A DNA stretch of 64,000 nt, from NCBI GenBank assembly GCA_951406725.2, contig OX597821.1, forward strand, positions 35,030,001-35,094,000, given 5' to 3'. Numbering within the stretch: the stretch's first letter is position 1; every line of letters begins with the position of its first letter. Of this stretch, positions 1 through 13,931 are shown one piece after another. The DNA is from Octopus vulgaris. Its lineage: Eukaryota. Made by a program: the position numbers and the translations under genes. Below the pieces are notes generated by a model. The model was not told where the DNA came from. It was given only the letters and a program-made list of their open reading frames with translations, and did no database searches.

Positions 1-308
1 CGTTTAATAAGGATGGGTAAGGCTGATTACAGGGTATGAAACGTAAACAACAATGTCTTTACTACTATTTATATTTTATATGTGGGTAGAGTGAAATATT
101 TTATCTGTTTATCAGTTATCCAGATTCAACCTATTTTTAAAAAAGCTGTGAAGGAAACGGAAGAAAATAAACAAGTAAACAAATAAGCAAAACAAACAAA
201 CAAACAAACAATAATTTTGGTGGTGGTGGTGGTGATTATTGTAAGAATGTAAGTTGTAGCAGTGATGGTGGTGATAACCATGACATTGGTGCTGATAAGT
301 GTGAACAG

Positions 309-517
309 GACGACGACGACGACGACGACGATGATGATGATGACAAAGATGATGATGATGGTTGCGATTGTGAGGATATGATGATGATGATGATGATGAT
401 GACAATGATGATGATGATGACAATGATGATGATGATGACAATGATGATGATGATGGTTGCGATTGTGAGGATATGATGATGATGATGATGATGATGACAA
501 TGATGATGATGATGACA

Positions 518-554
<37 letters not shown>

Positions 555-764
555 CAATGATGATGATGATGGTTGCGATTGTGAGGATATGATGATGATG
601 ATGATGATGATGACAATGATGATGATGATGACAATGATGATGATGATGACAATGATGATGATGATGACAATGATGATGATGATGACAATGATGATGATGA
701 TGGTTGCGATTGTGAGGATATGATGATGATGATGATGATGATGACAATGATGATGATGATGACA

Positions 765-795
<31 letters not shown>

Positions 796-945
796 CAATG
801 ATGATGATGATGGTTGCGATTGTGAGGATATGATGATGATGATAATGATGACAATGATGATGATGATGGTTGCGATTGTGAGGATATGATGATGATGATG
901 ATGATGACAATGATGATGATGATGACAATGATGATGATGATGACA

Positions 946-979
<34 letters not shown>

Positions 980-1669
980 CAATGATGATGATAATGGTTG
1001 CGATTGTGAGGATATGATGATGATGATAATGATGACAATGATGATGATGATGGTTGCGATTGTGAGGATATGATGATGATGATGATGATGATGACAATGA
1101 TGATGATGATGACAATGATGATGATGATGACAATGATGATGATGATGACAATGATGATGATGATGACAATGATGATGATAATGGTTGCGATTGTGAGGAT
1201 ATGATGATGATGATGATGATGACAATGATGATGATGATGGTTGCGATTGTGAGGATACGATGATGACAATGATGATGATGATGGTTGCGATTGTGAGGAT
1301 ATGATGATGATGATGATGATGATGACAATGATGATGATGATGACAATGATGATGATGATGACAATGATGATGATAATGGTTGCGATTGTGAGGATATGAT
1401 GATGATGATAATGATGACAATGATGATGATGATGGTTGCGATTGTAAGGATACGATGATGACAATGATGATGATGATGGTTGCGATTGTGAGGATATGAT
1501 GATGATGATGATGATCATGAAGAAGAAGATGGTTGCGATTGTGAGGATATGATGATGATGATAATGATGAAGAAGAAGATGGTTGCGATTGTGAGGATAT
1601 GATGATGAGGATGATGACAATGATGATGATGATGGTTGCGACTGTGAGGATATGATGATGATGATGATG
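309..1669. repeat. Compound tandem repeat: (GAT)n runs with GACAAT interruptions, punctuated by 17 copies of GGTTGCGATTGTGAGGATAT
   Basis: Directly visible; 17 copies of the 20-mer counted (a few single-base variants). It explains the three long poly-His/Ile/Ser ORFs on the minus strand. Confidence 0.95.
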
Positions 1670-2671
1670 GCAACAACATTTACATGTTCCACCATTGTGG
1701 TTACAGTTATGAAACTAGGACAAACGTTAAATTAGCGAACAGTGTTAAGAGACAGCTGGCTGCAGACACCAGAGAGCATCCAGTACAAGAAAACTTCTAA
1801 TATCTAACCTCACATGATAATACACACTCACACATTATTATTATTATTATTATTATCATCTAAAACATTTTGATGCGGCCCCATGCGACTTAAAGTTTCG
1901 CAGGCCTCTACCAGAGATCTGTCTCTTTCAAACTTAAATTACCGAATCTAACTAACCCTGAAAGAGACATGTAATTCCTACTAAATGTGTTGACAACAGC
2001 AACAACAACAACAACAAACACTACAAGAGCAACGACAACAACGCATTGAAGCAGCCTCTAATTGGTCATTCAATTTGCTTAAAAATGGGAGACATATAGG
2101 TATCTTCTTCAAACCAAAACCTTACCACTTTTAGAAAGAAAGAACAGAACTAAAAGAGCGGGACACTGTTTAATATAACCTTTTAAATACATCGTTATCG
2201 GAGGAATGAGGGGCAGGATGATGCTACTTGGAATGCTTTAGATCTTATGCAACAAACTAGCCTGAGTATATTTGGACGACGAAGTAAAAGAGAACGTAGA
2301 ACAGAAGTGAACTGCGAATCACGCAAAAAATAAAGTGTTCAAGTATTTCCTGGAGAATACATATCCCTTAATTTCTAATCATCATTATTACCATTATCAT
2401 CATTGACACCAATTACAGAGTAACTATCATTCAGCCGTACGATTTCTCATTGTCTTCCTCCTCCTCCTCCTTCTTCCTCCCCCTTCCCTTCTCTTCCCCT
2501 CCCCTCCTCGTTTAAACAGCAGTTCGCTTTGCACTCACATGGTTCGGGGTTCAATCCAACTGCGTGGCACCGTTAACAAGTTTGTTCTGTTGTAGTCTTA
2601 GTATGATCAATAACCTGTGACCAACTTTGGCGCTAGATATCAATTCGTGTATATATGTGTGTGCGTGTGTA

Positions 2672-2719
<48 letters not shown>

Positions 2720-3491
2720 AAAACATGTATATATATATATACACACACACAATCACACATTTTTGAAAGCTACAATAATTTGAAGAAGCGCATTGTGACC
2801 AGTGGCGTATAAAAACATCTGAGAGTCTGGTCGGTACAGTGATTCAGTGATATGTATATATGCACACATACATACACATACATACATACGCATGCATACA
2901 TACGCATAAATAGATACATATGCATACATATATACATACATACATACATGCATACATACATACATAAATAAATACATACACACATAAATACATACATACA
3001 TACATACATACAAACATAGACGTATACATACACATGCGTGTGTAGGTCTCTAAATGAAAACATAAATTATATGCATTAAAAAGAGAAACAAATAAAGTTG
3101 AAATTTACTGACTAAATAGAGATCGATAAAATAGTACCAGACTGAAATAAGTGCTAAAATCGATATCGACTAAAAAGCTGTTGAAAGTTCAATGACTGAA
3201 ACCATTAGGAGAGTAAAATGATATACTGGAAGCAAATTGTTCAAATAGAAAATGTTCTGTACTGGCACTACGTCGATCAAGAGTTCATATTCACTACATG
3301 CAAAGGTTTCGTCCTGTATTTTACGTATTTCACGCTTTTCGGTGTGTGTGAATTATAAGTGGCATCCATTTGTTCTATATACATAGGAAGACATTCGTCT
3401 ATCATTCGTTTAGAATGGGAAACTATACACCGGCCCTTTAAGACTTCATAGTAGTTCTTACGAGGAGAAGAATGACATATACAAAATAATT

Positions 3492-3907
3492 GGATCTTTT
3501 CGGTTTGAACGGCAGTTTTTTCTAGCGGTGTCATATGAAATTGTCACCCATAATTATGACCCTAGAATCGATCTATTGCATTTCAATCTCTTTTAGCGTT
3601 AGGGTTAGGGGTGGGGGAAGGGTATCTTTTTTTCTTCACAAATGTGAATAAACCCAATCTGTTTCTTAAACGAGGGACATATTCATACGGCACAGAATGC
3701 TTTTTAACTCAATAGACGTCACTGATTGGTTGAAATTGCAGAAATTGAAGAAAAAAAACAACAAATATCTTACAAACTATAGAATTTTCTCAATAAAGCC
3801 AAGAGAAAAGGATGTTTTATAAACACATTCTACCAGTATAGGAAGTTTAAAATTTTTTAGTTACCTAGAAATTATGTTAAAAACTGCCGTTCAAACCGAA
3901 AAGATCC
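3492..3907. mobile_element. MITE, GGATC-TIR family, copy 1
   Basis: Perfect 29-bp TIRs GGATCTTTTCGGTTTGAACGGCAGTTTTT...AAAAACTGCCGTTCAAACCGAAAAGATCC; no ORF; three more copies in the window (opposite orientation); TSD degraded here. Confidence 0.92.
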
Positions 3908-4279
3908 AAATATCAAATTAGAAGATTTAAGCCCTTAGTAATAAGTAAGCAAAAAGCAACAAACTACATATGGATATTCTGCGCATCTTATGTCTTAATT
4001 TCAAATTCAAACTTTTAATCCCGCCAAATTTATGTAGAAATGAAAATCTCCCTTATATTAAATGGCCACTAGCGGACACTGCATGTTTTATCAAAATGTC
4101 TAACTTCGCAAACTTCATAAAATACTGAATTTAGCATATATTATTTGTCTCAAGTTATGCTGTGCTGGCGATTCAAAAGAAACATGAAATAGCGTTATAC
4201 AAGGCTAGCAGTGACTGGAAACTTTAAGAACTATATAAGGTGTAGAAAAAAATATTAAATATGTATACTCTATAGATCT

Positions 4280-4692
4280 CTTTCTTTTCTTCTTTTCTTC
4301 TTTTACTTGTTTCAGTCATTTCACTGCGATCATGCTGGAGCACCACCTTTAGTCGAATAAATCGACCGCAGGACTTATTATTTGTAAGCCTAGTACTTAT
4401 TCTATCGGTCTCTTTTGCCGAACTGCTAAGTTACGAGAATGTAAACACACCAACATCGGTTGTCGAGCGATGGTGGGAGGACAAACACAGACACACACAT
4501 ACACACACACACATACACACACACATATACGACGGGCTTCTTTCAGTTTCCGTCTACCAAATCCACTCACAAAGCTTTGGTCGGCCCGAGGCTATAGTCG
4601 AAGACACTTGCCCAAGATGCCACGCAGTGGGACTGAACCCGGAACCATGTGGTTGGTAAGCAAGCTTCTTGTTGCACAGCTTCTCCTGCGCT
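4280..4692 (-). mobile_element. tRNA-derived SINE, family A (near full length)
   Basis: Reverse complement of the 51725-52134 copy: tRNA-like head, CORE-like CTTGGGCAAGTG segment, internal (GT)n, 3' tail GCATG..CGCAGT.AAATGACTGAAACAAGTAAAAG. Confidence 0.88.
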
Positions 4693-4998
4693 TATATACT
4701 TATTGATATAAACTCCAAGTTTTCAAATCTGCCTCGTCTATAAGAGTTAACCACATGAGGCTCACCACGTGATTATTAAAATGAAATATCCGGAAACAAA
4801 AATCATACGTCCAAGTAAAGGAGGCTGCCAACAACGATATATAAATGCGTGATGATTCGTTTGACAATTATATGATCTTCATTATGCTGGACTCGTTCCC
4901 TTTTTCTCACCTCTCACTTTATATATATGCTCTCACACACACACATGTTTATATATACATACACATTTATATATACATACATAAACACCCCCAGAATA

Positions 4999-5029
<31 letters not shown>

Positions 5030-6562
5030 TCATGTATGTATGTATTTTTATACATACATACATACATACCGTTTTCTATGTCTGTATGTTTATTTATATA
5101 ATTCAGTACAATTATATAGTTATCTTTGCTATGATAATTTTTGTTGGAAGGCATCACTTGGAAGACGTTGAAAATGGCACGTTCAACTCATACTACAGGT
5201 TAGGTTATTTAAGTGTAAAATATATCTATCTATGTGCGCGCGTGTGTGTGTGTGTGTTTGAGCATGAGAGGAATGGTGGGACTGTATGTGTGTGTGTATG
5301 TGGGAGGGAAATAGAATGTACGCATATACCATCAGAAAGAAGCAAATAACACGTTTTAAGTTTTAGTTGGTTCATAGAGCTTCAATTATTTTTAAAAAAA
5401 GAAAGAAACCTCTTCACAAAACTATTCAACAGGAAGTATGAACTAGTTTTAAAATACCAACAACCAGCATTTTATAACAAAAAAAAAAATAAAGAAAAGA
5501 AAAATGAAAAAGAAATAAAATTTAAAAAGCCGTTCAACCTCCCAGAAGGTAATTTTATCGAAATCTACTATTATTTCTTTGCCAAGGTCAATTTTTCATA
5601 CCATCAGGCAGCTGATGTTCCTCGTCTTCATGTTTTTCAACTAACTCTTATGGTGATACAGGATAGATATTGCTTAAATCATATAGTATCAGTAATATAT
5701 CTGGGGTGTAGGGGTGAGGAAATCAACGCAGCGAGCTGGTGGAATCGTTTGCGCGCCGGGTAGAATGCTTAGCAACATTTCGCCCGTCCGCTTTTTTACG
5801 TTCTGAGTCGAATTCCACCGAGGTCGACTTTACCTTTCATCCTATTTTCGGGACCTAAATATATATATATATATATATGTCTGTGTGTGTGTGTGTGTGT
5901 GTGTGTATAAACGTATATAAAGATAGATAGATATGCTTATAAATATATATATATATATATATATATAAATGTGTGTGTGTGTATATGTATGCATATATAT
6001 CAATGTAGATATATATAATTGTATACAAACAGTGTTTTCTTCGTCTGGCCCTAAGGCTATATTCTGTCCATCCACTAACAATCTCGTCTCATATAATTTT
6101 TATCCATTTTCGTACGTCCATTTCCTTATTCCTTGTTCACTCTTATTTGTCCGTCTCGTTTTGTTTTGTTATATTTTGGTCGCATTCCCAGGAAGTTCTT
6201 TTGCCGGTTTCCTCCAGAGTGGAAACAAAATTATCGATAATGGCATGAAATTGCGCCTGACCGCCTGGCCGATATCTGATGTGGAGTTGGTGACCTTCTG
6301 CGGTTGTTCTCAGTTCGTCTGTGAATTTAGTATGTTTTTTCAACTTTATCTTCTGTGTCTTTTTTCCGTTTGTTTGCTTATTACTATACGTGTTGTACTT
6401 CTGAATATATATATATGTGTGTATATATATATGTATATTTATATATATATATGTGTGTGTGTGTGTGTATATATATGTATATATATATATATATATGTAG
6501 GTCCCGGGTTGATTCGGGGTTAACCACAGTAAATAAGGTACTCAATACATAGCAGAGTAAAA

Positions 6563-6718
6563 ATAATTTATTATATAGAAGGAGCTTCTACAGGACTAGA
6601 ACTGTTTCATTCAAGAGAAATCTTCAGGAAGCTCAGGAAATCTTCAGGAAGCTTCAGGAGCTTCCTGAAGATTTCTCTTGAATGAAACAGTTCTAGTCCT
6701 GTAGAAGCTCCTTCTATA

Positions 6719-6729
<11 letters not shown>
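6563..6729. repeat. Perfect inverted repeat (72-bp arms, 23-nt loop), probable Penelope-like element terminus
   Basis: 6563-6634 is the exact reverse complement of 6658-6729; lies between (TA)n tracts; right arm carries CTGAAGA...GAAAC...GTC. Confidence 0.85.
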
Positions 6730-6795
<66 letters not shown>

Positions 6796-6896
6796 CTATC
6801 TATCTATATATATAGAAATTCGGGGTGAGTACTTGATAATTATAAGCACCTGTGTATACCGTTTGGTGGTGTAGGTGGTGGAGTAAATTGATCAAA

Positions 6897-7083
6897 ATAA
6901 AATAAAAACATGATGCGAAGGATTCAGCGGTACATATGTTTCGGGCCTTTATTAGACAGATTTATAACAATGCATAATGTATGTCTGTGGCCACAGACAT
7001 ACATTATGCATTGTTATAAATCTGTCTAATAAAGGCCCGAAACATATGTACCGCTGAATCCTTCGCATCATGTTTTTATTTTA

Positions 7084-7084
<1 letters not shown>
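6897..7084. repeat. Perfect 188-bp loopless palindrome, probable Penelope-like element terminus
   Basis: Centre at 6990/6991 (GTGG|CCAC); arms match base for base; right arm has GGCCC-GAAA-CATATG-TA, the 3' half of a hammerhead; abuts (TA)n. Confidence 0.85.
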
Positions 7085-7121
<37 letters not shown>

Positions 7122-7146
7122 TAGATAGATAGATATATAGATATAC

Positions 7147-7227
<81 letters not shown>

Positions 7228-7711
7228 GATAGATACATGGATACACGATGGGTTTCCTTTTACATCTGTTAAATCCAATCACAAGTCATAGGTAGATCCG
7301 GGACTATATAGCAGAAAACAATTACTCGAAGTGGCGGGCAATGGGCTGAACCGAAGATCACACGGCGAAAAAGAAAGTTGCTTAACTACATGACCGTGTC
7401 TGCGCCTAAGATCAACATGGATTTCATTCAGATAGCGTATATCGAAGATTAATAATCGAATGTGACTCACTAAAACCACGAAATACATTTTAGATATTAC
7501 TGTTGTAGATGAGAGAGATTTAGTTAGCAGTCAGTGGTATACCGAATTTGTTGATTGCTGAAATTGCAGATATGAAAGTTAAACTAATCTCCAGAGGGAT
7601 CTGAACCAAAATGCAAACAGATTAGAATTAATGCTAAAATATATTTATTTCAACAATCAAAGTTTTGCGACTCTCCTTTCTATGCATATAAACGTATTCA
7701 TACACATTACC

Positions 7712-7791
<80 letters not shown>

Positions 7792-8105
7792 TAAAATACA
7801 TTTCATAGTTACAGACATACACACATAAACATTTATATACGTTAATAAATTTTGCATATTTACTATAAATGTTTGCAAAACAACTTATCATATAATCTAG
7901 ATCACAATATTATATACTTATGTCACACAGTAAACACATAGGCAAACATACGTTTACATGCACCGAGAGATACATACACATCTACACACATTCATTCATA
8001 CGTATGTATATGTGTGTATGAGAGAGAGAGAGAGAGTGTGTGTGTATACATTTACCTACATACACATACACACGCATTTACATTGAATTGACATCTCTCT
8101 TTCTC

Positions 8106-8155
<50 letters not shown>

Positions 8156-8279
8156 CATATAGAGAGAGAGAGAGAGAGATGTAGACACACATTGATGCAA
8201 ATACGTATATATGTGTGTATATATATTTATGTATGTATGTATATATATATATATGCATATATATATAAATATATAAATG

Positions 8280-8337
<58 letters not shown>

Positions 8338-8399
8338 CATTTATACATGCATGTATATACATATATTATACACACACATATATAGATTTATATACATAC

Positions 8400-8458
<59 letters not shown>

Positions 8459-8536
8459 CATACACATATATATATATATATACACACATATATATATACA
8501 TACATATATACATACATACATATATATGTGTGCATG

Positions 8537-8547
8537 TAATAATAATG

Positions 8548-8593
<46 letters not shown>

Positions 8594-8627
8594 TAACAAT
8601 AATAATAATAATAATAATAACAATAAC

Positions 8628-8722
<95 letters not shown>

Positions 8723-8726
8723 TAAC

Positions 8727-8768
<42 letters not shown>
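8537..8768. repeat. (AAT)n microsatellite with AAC variants, following a long (TA)/(CATA) tract
   Basis: Directly visible. Confidence 0.95.
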
Positions 8769-9821
8769 TGCACATATTTGATATATAAAATTTCGCATTT
8801 TGTCTTTTCTGTAAGTTATTTTATTGCTTCGCTATTCAATAAACATCGAGAAACATCTTAAGAAACATCTATCGCTTAACATTTATTTAAAAAAAAAAAA
8901 GCACATCAGTAAAAGCCCCAAAAGAAGCCAACAAACGTACATACAGAAAATACTTTTCTAAGCAATGAGCAAATATTCTAAGCATAATTCTAAAGAAACA
9001 TGAAATTCAATAAAGTTGCAATAGGTTGGAAATAAGAAAGAAAGTAGATAAGAAAGGTTACAAAAAACAGAAACAAAATGGCTTGCTTCAGCAAAGATTT
9101 GAATATATATTTTAATGCTAAGATTTTTTTTTAGTTTCTTTTTTTACGTTTCTCGATGAATTTGATAAGTGTATTAGCATGAAAGTGGTTAAAGGAAGTC
9201 ATTATGCGAAGGATAAATCTGCTAGAAATAAGAACGAATTACCCTGTGTAACAACATTTTTATCTATCAGTAAGTGTTATTTCCTATTTGCTTCTATCTA
9301 GGAATCAAAGGAAATGACCACTATTCCATTCAAACTTTGCTTTTGTGACCTGGACATCAATGTTTTGAATCTGATCCATTTTCCATCACATTTCAGACAT
9401 ATTCAGCGCGGAGTTGCTGAAACAAAAATATCGTTAGAGCAAATATTCTGCTCAGAACCACAGATTCGCAAGTTGCTTGTCAAGCACTTCAGCATGTCCC
9501 TTAGTGGCTTGCCAATACGGACATCTCTGATCATGAGCAGGAGTAGTGTTGGTGGGAAATATTATCCAAGTTTCATACTTTCTAGGGGTACATTGTTTCC
9601 TTTCAACTCACATTTTTAATTTTAACACTTACATTGGCGCAATTTTGGCTCTGTTCCGTGGTTCAGTATCTTGTGAGTCAATCTGAAAGACGGAGACTGT
9701 GTAAAAGCTTGCCATGTATGCGTGCGTGTATTTATGTATGCACATGTGAGTGTGTGTGTGTGTGTGTGTGTGTTTGTGTCTGTCTTTGTGTTCATGTATG
9801 TCTCCTCACCATAGCTGTATG

Positions 9822-10529
9822 TATGTATGTATGTATTTATCTATGTATAGGCATGGAGTTGGATGTAGGCATGTGAAGGAGACTACTCGCTATAGTTAAT
9901 ATATTAATTGGTTGGAAGAAAGCTTTCGCTCTGTCACCTGAACAAATGCATTACAGGGTAATGATAAAACCCTTACAGTCAGCAATCCAGTGACTGAAAC
10001 AAGTACCCAGGGTACCGACTCGAGGTGTTTAGTCGAACAAATCAATCCCAGCGCTTATATCTTAAGTCTGATAATTACTCTATCGGTCTGTTTTGCCGAA
10101 CCACTAAGCTACAGGAATGTAAAGAAACCAACAAATGTTGTCAAACGGTCGAGGGAGAAAAACAAAAACAAACACATATGACAAGCTTCCTCATAGTTTC
10201 CATCCATCAAATTCACTCACAAGGTATTGATCGACCCGGGGCAAGAGTGGAAGTGACATGCCCAATGTGTCGTTAAGTAAAACTGTACTGTAACCATGCG
10301 GCTTCAAGGCGAGCTTTTTAAACTAGCAGCCATATTTGTCCCTACATACATACATACATACAGACAGACAGACTGACAAAACAAGCAATCATAAATACAT
10401 AGCATTTTACATTTTAATTATATATGACTGTCTATCCGTCCGTCCATCTGTGTGTGTGTGTGTGTGTGTATGTGCGTGTGTGTGTGTGTGTGTATGTCTG
10501 TCTGTCTGTCTATCCATCCATCCATACAT

Positions 10530-10560
<31 letters not shown>

Positions 10561-10601
10561 TACATACATACATACATACATACACACACACATGCATACA
10601 T

Positions 10602-10632
<31 letters not shown>

Positions 10633-10740
10633 TACATACATACATACATACATACATACATACATACATACATACATACATACACACACACATACATACA
10701 TACATACATACATACATACATACATACATACATACATACA

Positions 10741-10772
<32 letters not shown>

Positions 10773-10863
10773 CAAAATAAGAAAATGTAGGAATAAATTT
10801 CTTTCAATCCTCAACTTCCAAATAACCCCAACTTCACTCATGACCCCTATCTCACTTTGTACT

Positions 10864-10903
<40 letters not shown>

Positions 10904-11179
10904 CTTTTTATTTATTAAAGCCGCAAAAACATCATGAAAGCTGTCATGCAACTTTCATCTGTGTCTGTGTGTGTCTGTGTAACTGTATAACTGTATGTGT
11001 GTGTCTATGTATCAGCTGTGCTGATAATACATTCCGTCGCTACCCTGTAATGCATTTGTTCAGGTGACAGAGCGAAAGCTTTCTTCCAACCAATTAATAT
11101 ATTAACTATAGCGAGCAGTCTCCTTCACATGCCTACATCCAACCCCATGCCTATACATAGATAAATACATACATACATA
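9822..11179. repeat. Long-range inverted repeat: 139-bp arms (9822-9960 / 11041-11179), ~1.08 kb spacer
   Basis: Arms are reverse complements with 2 mismatches; the spacer holds a diverged family A SINE and (CATA)n. Confidence 0.85.
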
Positions 11180-11254
11180 TATACACACACACGTATGTAT
11201 GTATGTATTTATGTACCTATATATTTTATATATATATATATATATTTATATATA

Positions 11255-11643
11255 TCTTTAAGTGAGGTTGTGTGCTGTCTGTCTCCTACGATTTAGATTC
11301 CTAACTACTCCCACATTTTGCGGTGCAGTTTAACCAAAACCGGATATCTTATAGTCGTGATTCATATCGAGCCCTTCTGGGTATTAGCGCGCGCCTACGA
11401 TGAGTCTACGATTTAAAAAAAAATTTACCATTAATTATTCCCATTTTTAATGCATTTTTGGCATATATAAGGGAAGTAACTCTCTAAAAATTTATTATTA
11501 AATCTCAGAACGTAAAAAGCTACAGTAACACCCCACCTTTTGTGGTTAGCCATATTGAGATGGCTATTATACTTTACATCTCTAAAAATGCTTATATAGT
11601 TATTTCCCTTACAAGCCCGAGCAACGCCGGGCGATACTGCTAG
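11255..11643 (+). mobile_element. Non-autonomous Helitron
   Basis: 5' A|TC start in a (TA)n tract; 3' GC-rich hairpin GCCCGAGCAACGCCGGGC (11615-11632) then CTAG|T at 11640-11644; no TSD. These are the canonical Helitron termini. Confidence 0.85.
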
Positions 11644-11678
<35 letters not shown>

Positions 11679-11810
11679 ATGTGTTTAAAGTTAATCCAAA
11701 CAAGAAAGCACAAAAAAACACAACAACGCGAGGACATGGAACAAATATAGTATTATTAGACGCAAAGTTTGAGGGAAATATTAACCAATTTTCATACTTT
11801 ATATATATAT

Positions 11811-12027
11811 ACTCTTTTACACTTTTACTTGTTTCAGTCATTTAACTGCGGCCATGCTGGAGCACCGCCTTTGGTCGAGCAAATCGACCCCGGGACTTAT
11901 TCTTTGTAAGCCCAGTACTTATTCTATCGGTCTCTTTTTGCCGAACCGCTAAGTGACGGGGACGTAAGCACACCAGCATCAGTTGTCAAGCAATGCTAGG
12001 GGTACAAACACAGACACACAAACACAG

Positions 12028-12066
<39 letters not shown>

Positions 12067-12223
12067 TACGACAGGCTTCTTTCAGTTTCCGTCTACCAAA
12101 TCCACTCACAAGGCATTGGTCGGCCCGGGGCTATAGCAGAAGACACTTGCCCAAGATGCCACGCAGTTGGACTGAACCCGGAACCATGTGGTTGGTTAGC
12201 AAGCTACTTACCACACAGCCACT

Positions 12224-12226
<3 letters not shown>
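11811..12226 (-). mobile_element. tRNA-derived SINE, family A
   Basis: Closely matches the copies at 27901-28303 and 33652-34089. Confidence 0.9.
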
Positions 12227-12286
<60 letters not shown>

Positions 12287-12474
12287 TATTACGTATATGC
12301 ATTCCATGATTTTTAATTACTTTGCAGGTTAAAAGTTGCTTAATAATAAGTGCACTTCACATGCGTGCATGTGAAGTGCATGGAATGTGTAATTCAAATT
12401 AGATGCTTGCACACAGACATACATATGCATACGTATTTGTACGTATACGCAAGTACACACATACATATATTTAT

Positions 12475-12531
<57 letters not shown>

Positions 12532-13019
12532 CACACACGCAAAGCGCGCAGGCATACAGACGTACGTATATAAACATACAGACACGCAGACATACACATA
12601 TATGTACAAACCTGCTGAGACACATTTATATATTTATAAGAAAACAGCTGTTTCTGTTAGAATGATGCAGTAACAATTGTTGCTGGCAATTGGCTACAGT
12701 TCAGTTAGTAATAGTGGCAACAGAGGCTACAGCGTCAAATCTGTATAATATTATTGCAAGCTGGTTTCAGCTGAGTTTCTGTCTCACAACACATAAAGAG
12801 AATAGAGACAGTTTGCCGTTGGGAAGGTTTAAGATAATGGTTACAGGTCGACATCGGTTATTTTGGCTTTTATTCTTCGACTGACGGCTGAATTACTCAG
12901 CAAGCTACAACATTTTCAGTTGTTCGCTTTAAGCTATAATAAGGTAGCACGATATTTGTGTGTGTGTGTGTGTGTATAACTTATTATATACATTTATATA
13001 TTTATATGTGTGTGGCTCT

Positions 13020-13103
<84 letters not shown>

Positions 13104-13336
13104 ATGTATATGAGTATGTCTCTTAAGTCTCAACGAAGAAGAGGTGAATGGAGAACATAAAAGTCTGCGAGGCTCTGTGTGTGTGTGTGCGTCTGTCTGA
13201 GTGTGTATGTCTGTCTGTCTGTCTGAGTGTGTATGTCTGTCTGTCTGTATGTGTCTGTCTGTCTGTCTGTCTGTCTGTATGTATGTATGTATGTATGTAT
13301 AAATGGATGGATGCATGTATGTACGTACTTACGTAC

Positions 13337-13738
13337 GTATGTCATTATTAAGTTTTGTTTCAAGATTCCTTGCCAATAGAGAAAGAGCCGGTTTCTAACC
13401 TAGATCCAAGGTTCCTTCATTGGAGTTTGAACAACAACAACAACAACAGGGTATTTTTGTAAGTATGTATGTATGTTGTCTGTGTTTATGTAAGCCTGCA
13501 CACATGTATGCTTTGTTTTAAGTATGTTTTCTCGTGCATATACTTACTTATCTAGACATGCTCTTATATAATTAAATGATAAACTTCTGAAAAGTTTTAT
13601 GTATGTATGTATGTATGTATGTCATTATTCAATTTATTTCAAGATTTCTAGCTATAGAGGAAAAACTGGTTTCCTATCCAGATCCAAGGTTCCTTCATTG
13701 GAATTTCAACATCAATAACGGTATTTTTTTACGTATGA

Positions 13739-13770
<32 letters not shown>

Positions 13771-13781
13771 ATGTAAGTATG

Positions 13782-13836
<55 letters not shown>

Positions 13837-13857
13837 ATGTGTGTGTATGTAAGTATG

Positions 13858-13931
<74 letters not shown>

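Noticed and set aside
360-1653. CRISPR-like pattern of 20-bp repeats
   Set aside because: Spacers are (GAT)n of variable length rather than unique sequence; eukaryotic context; no cas genes.
112-1695. Long His/Ser/Ile-rich ORFs (527, 412, 394 aa)
   Set aside because: All three frames are open only because (ATC)n lacks stops; no domain or splice support.
6030-6405. Unique island between (TA)n tracts with short ORFs
   Set aside because: Could be a PLE internal fragment, but no RT or GIY-YIG motif is recognisable.
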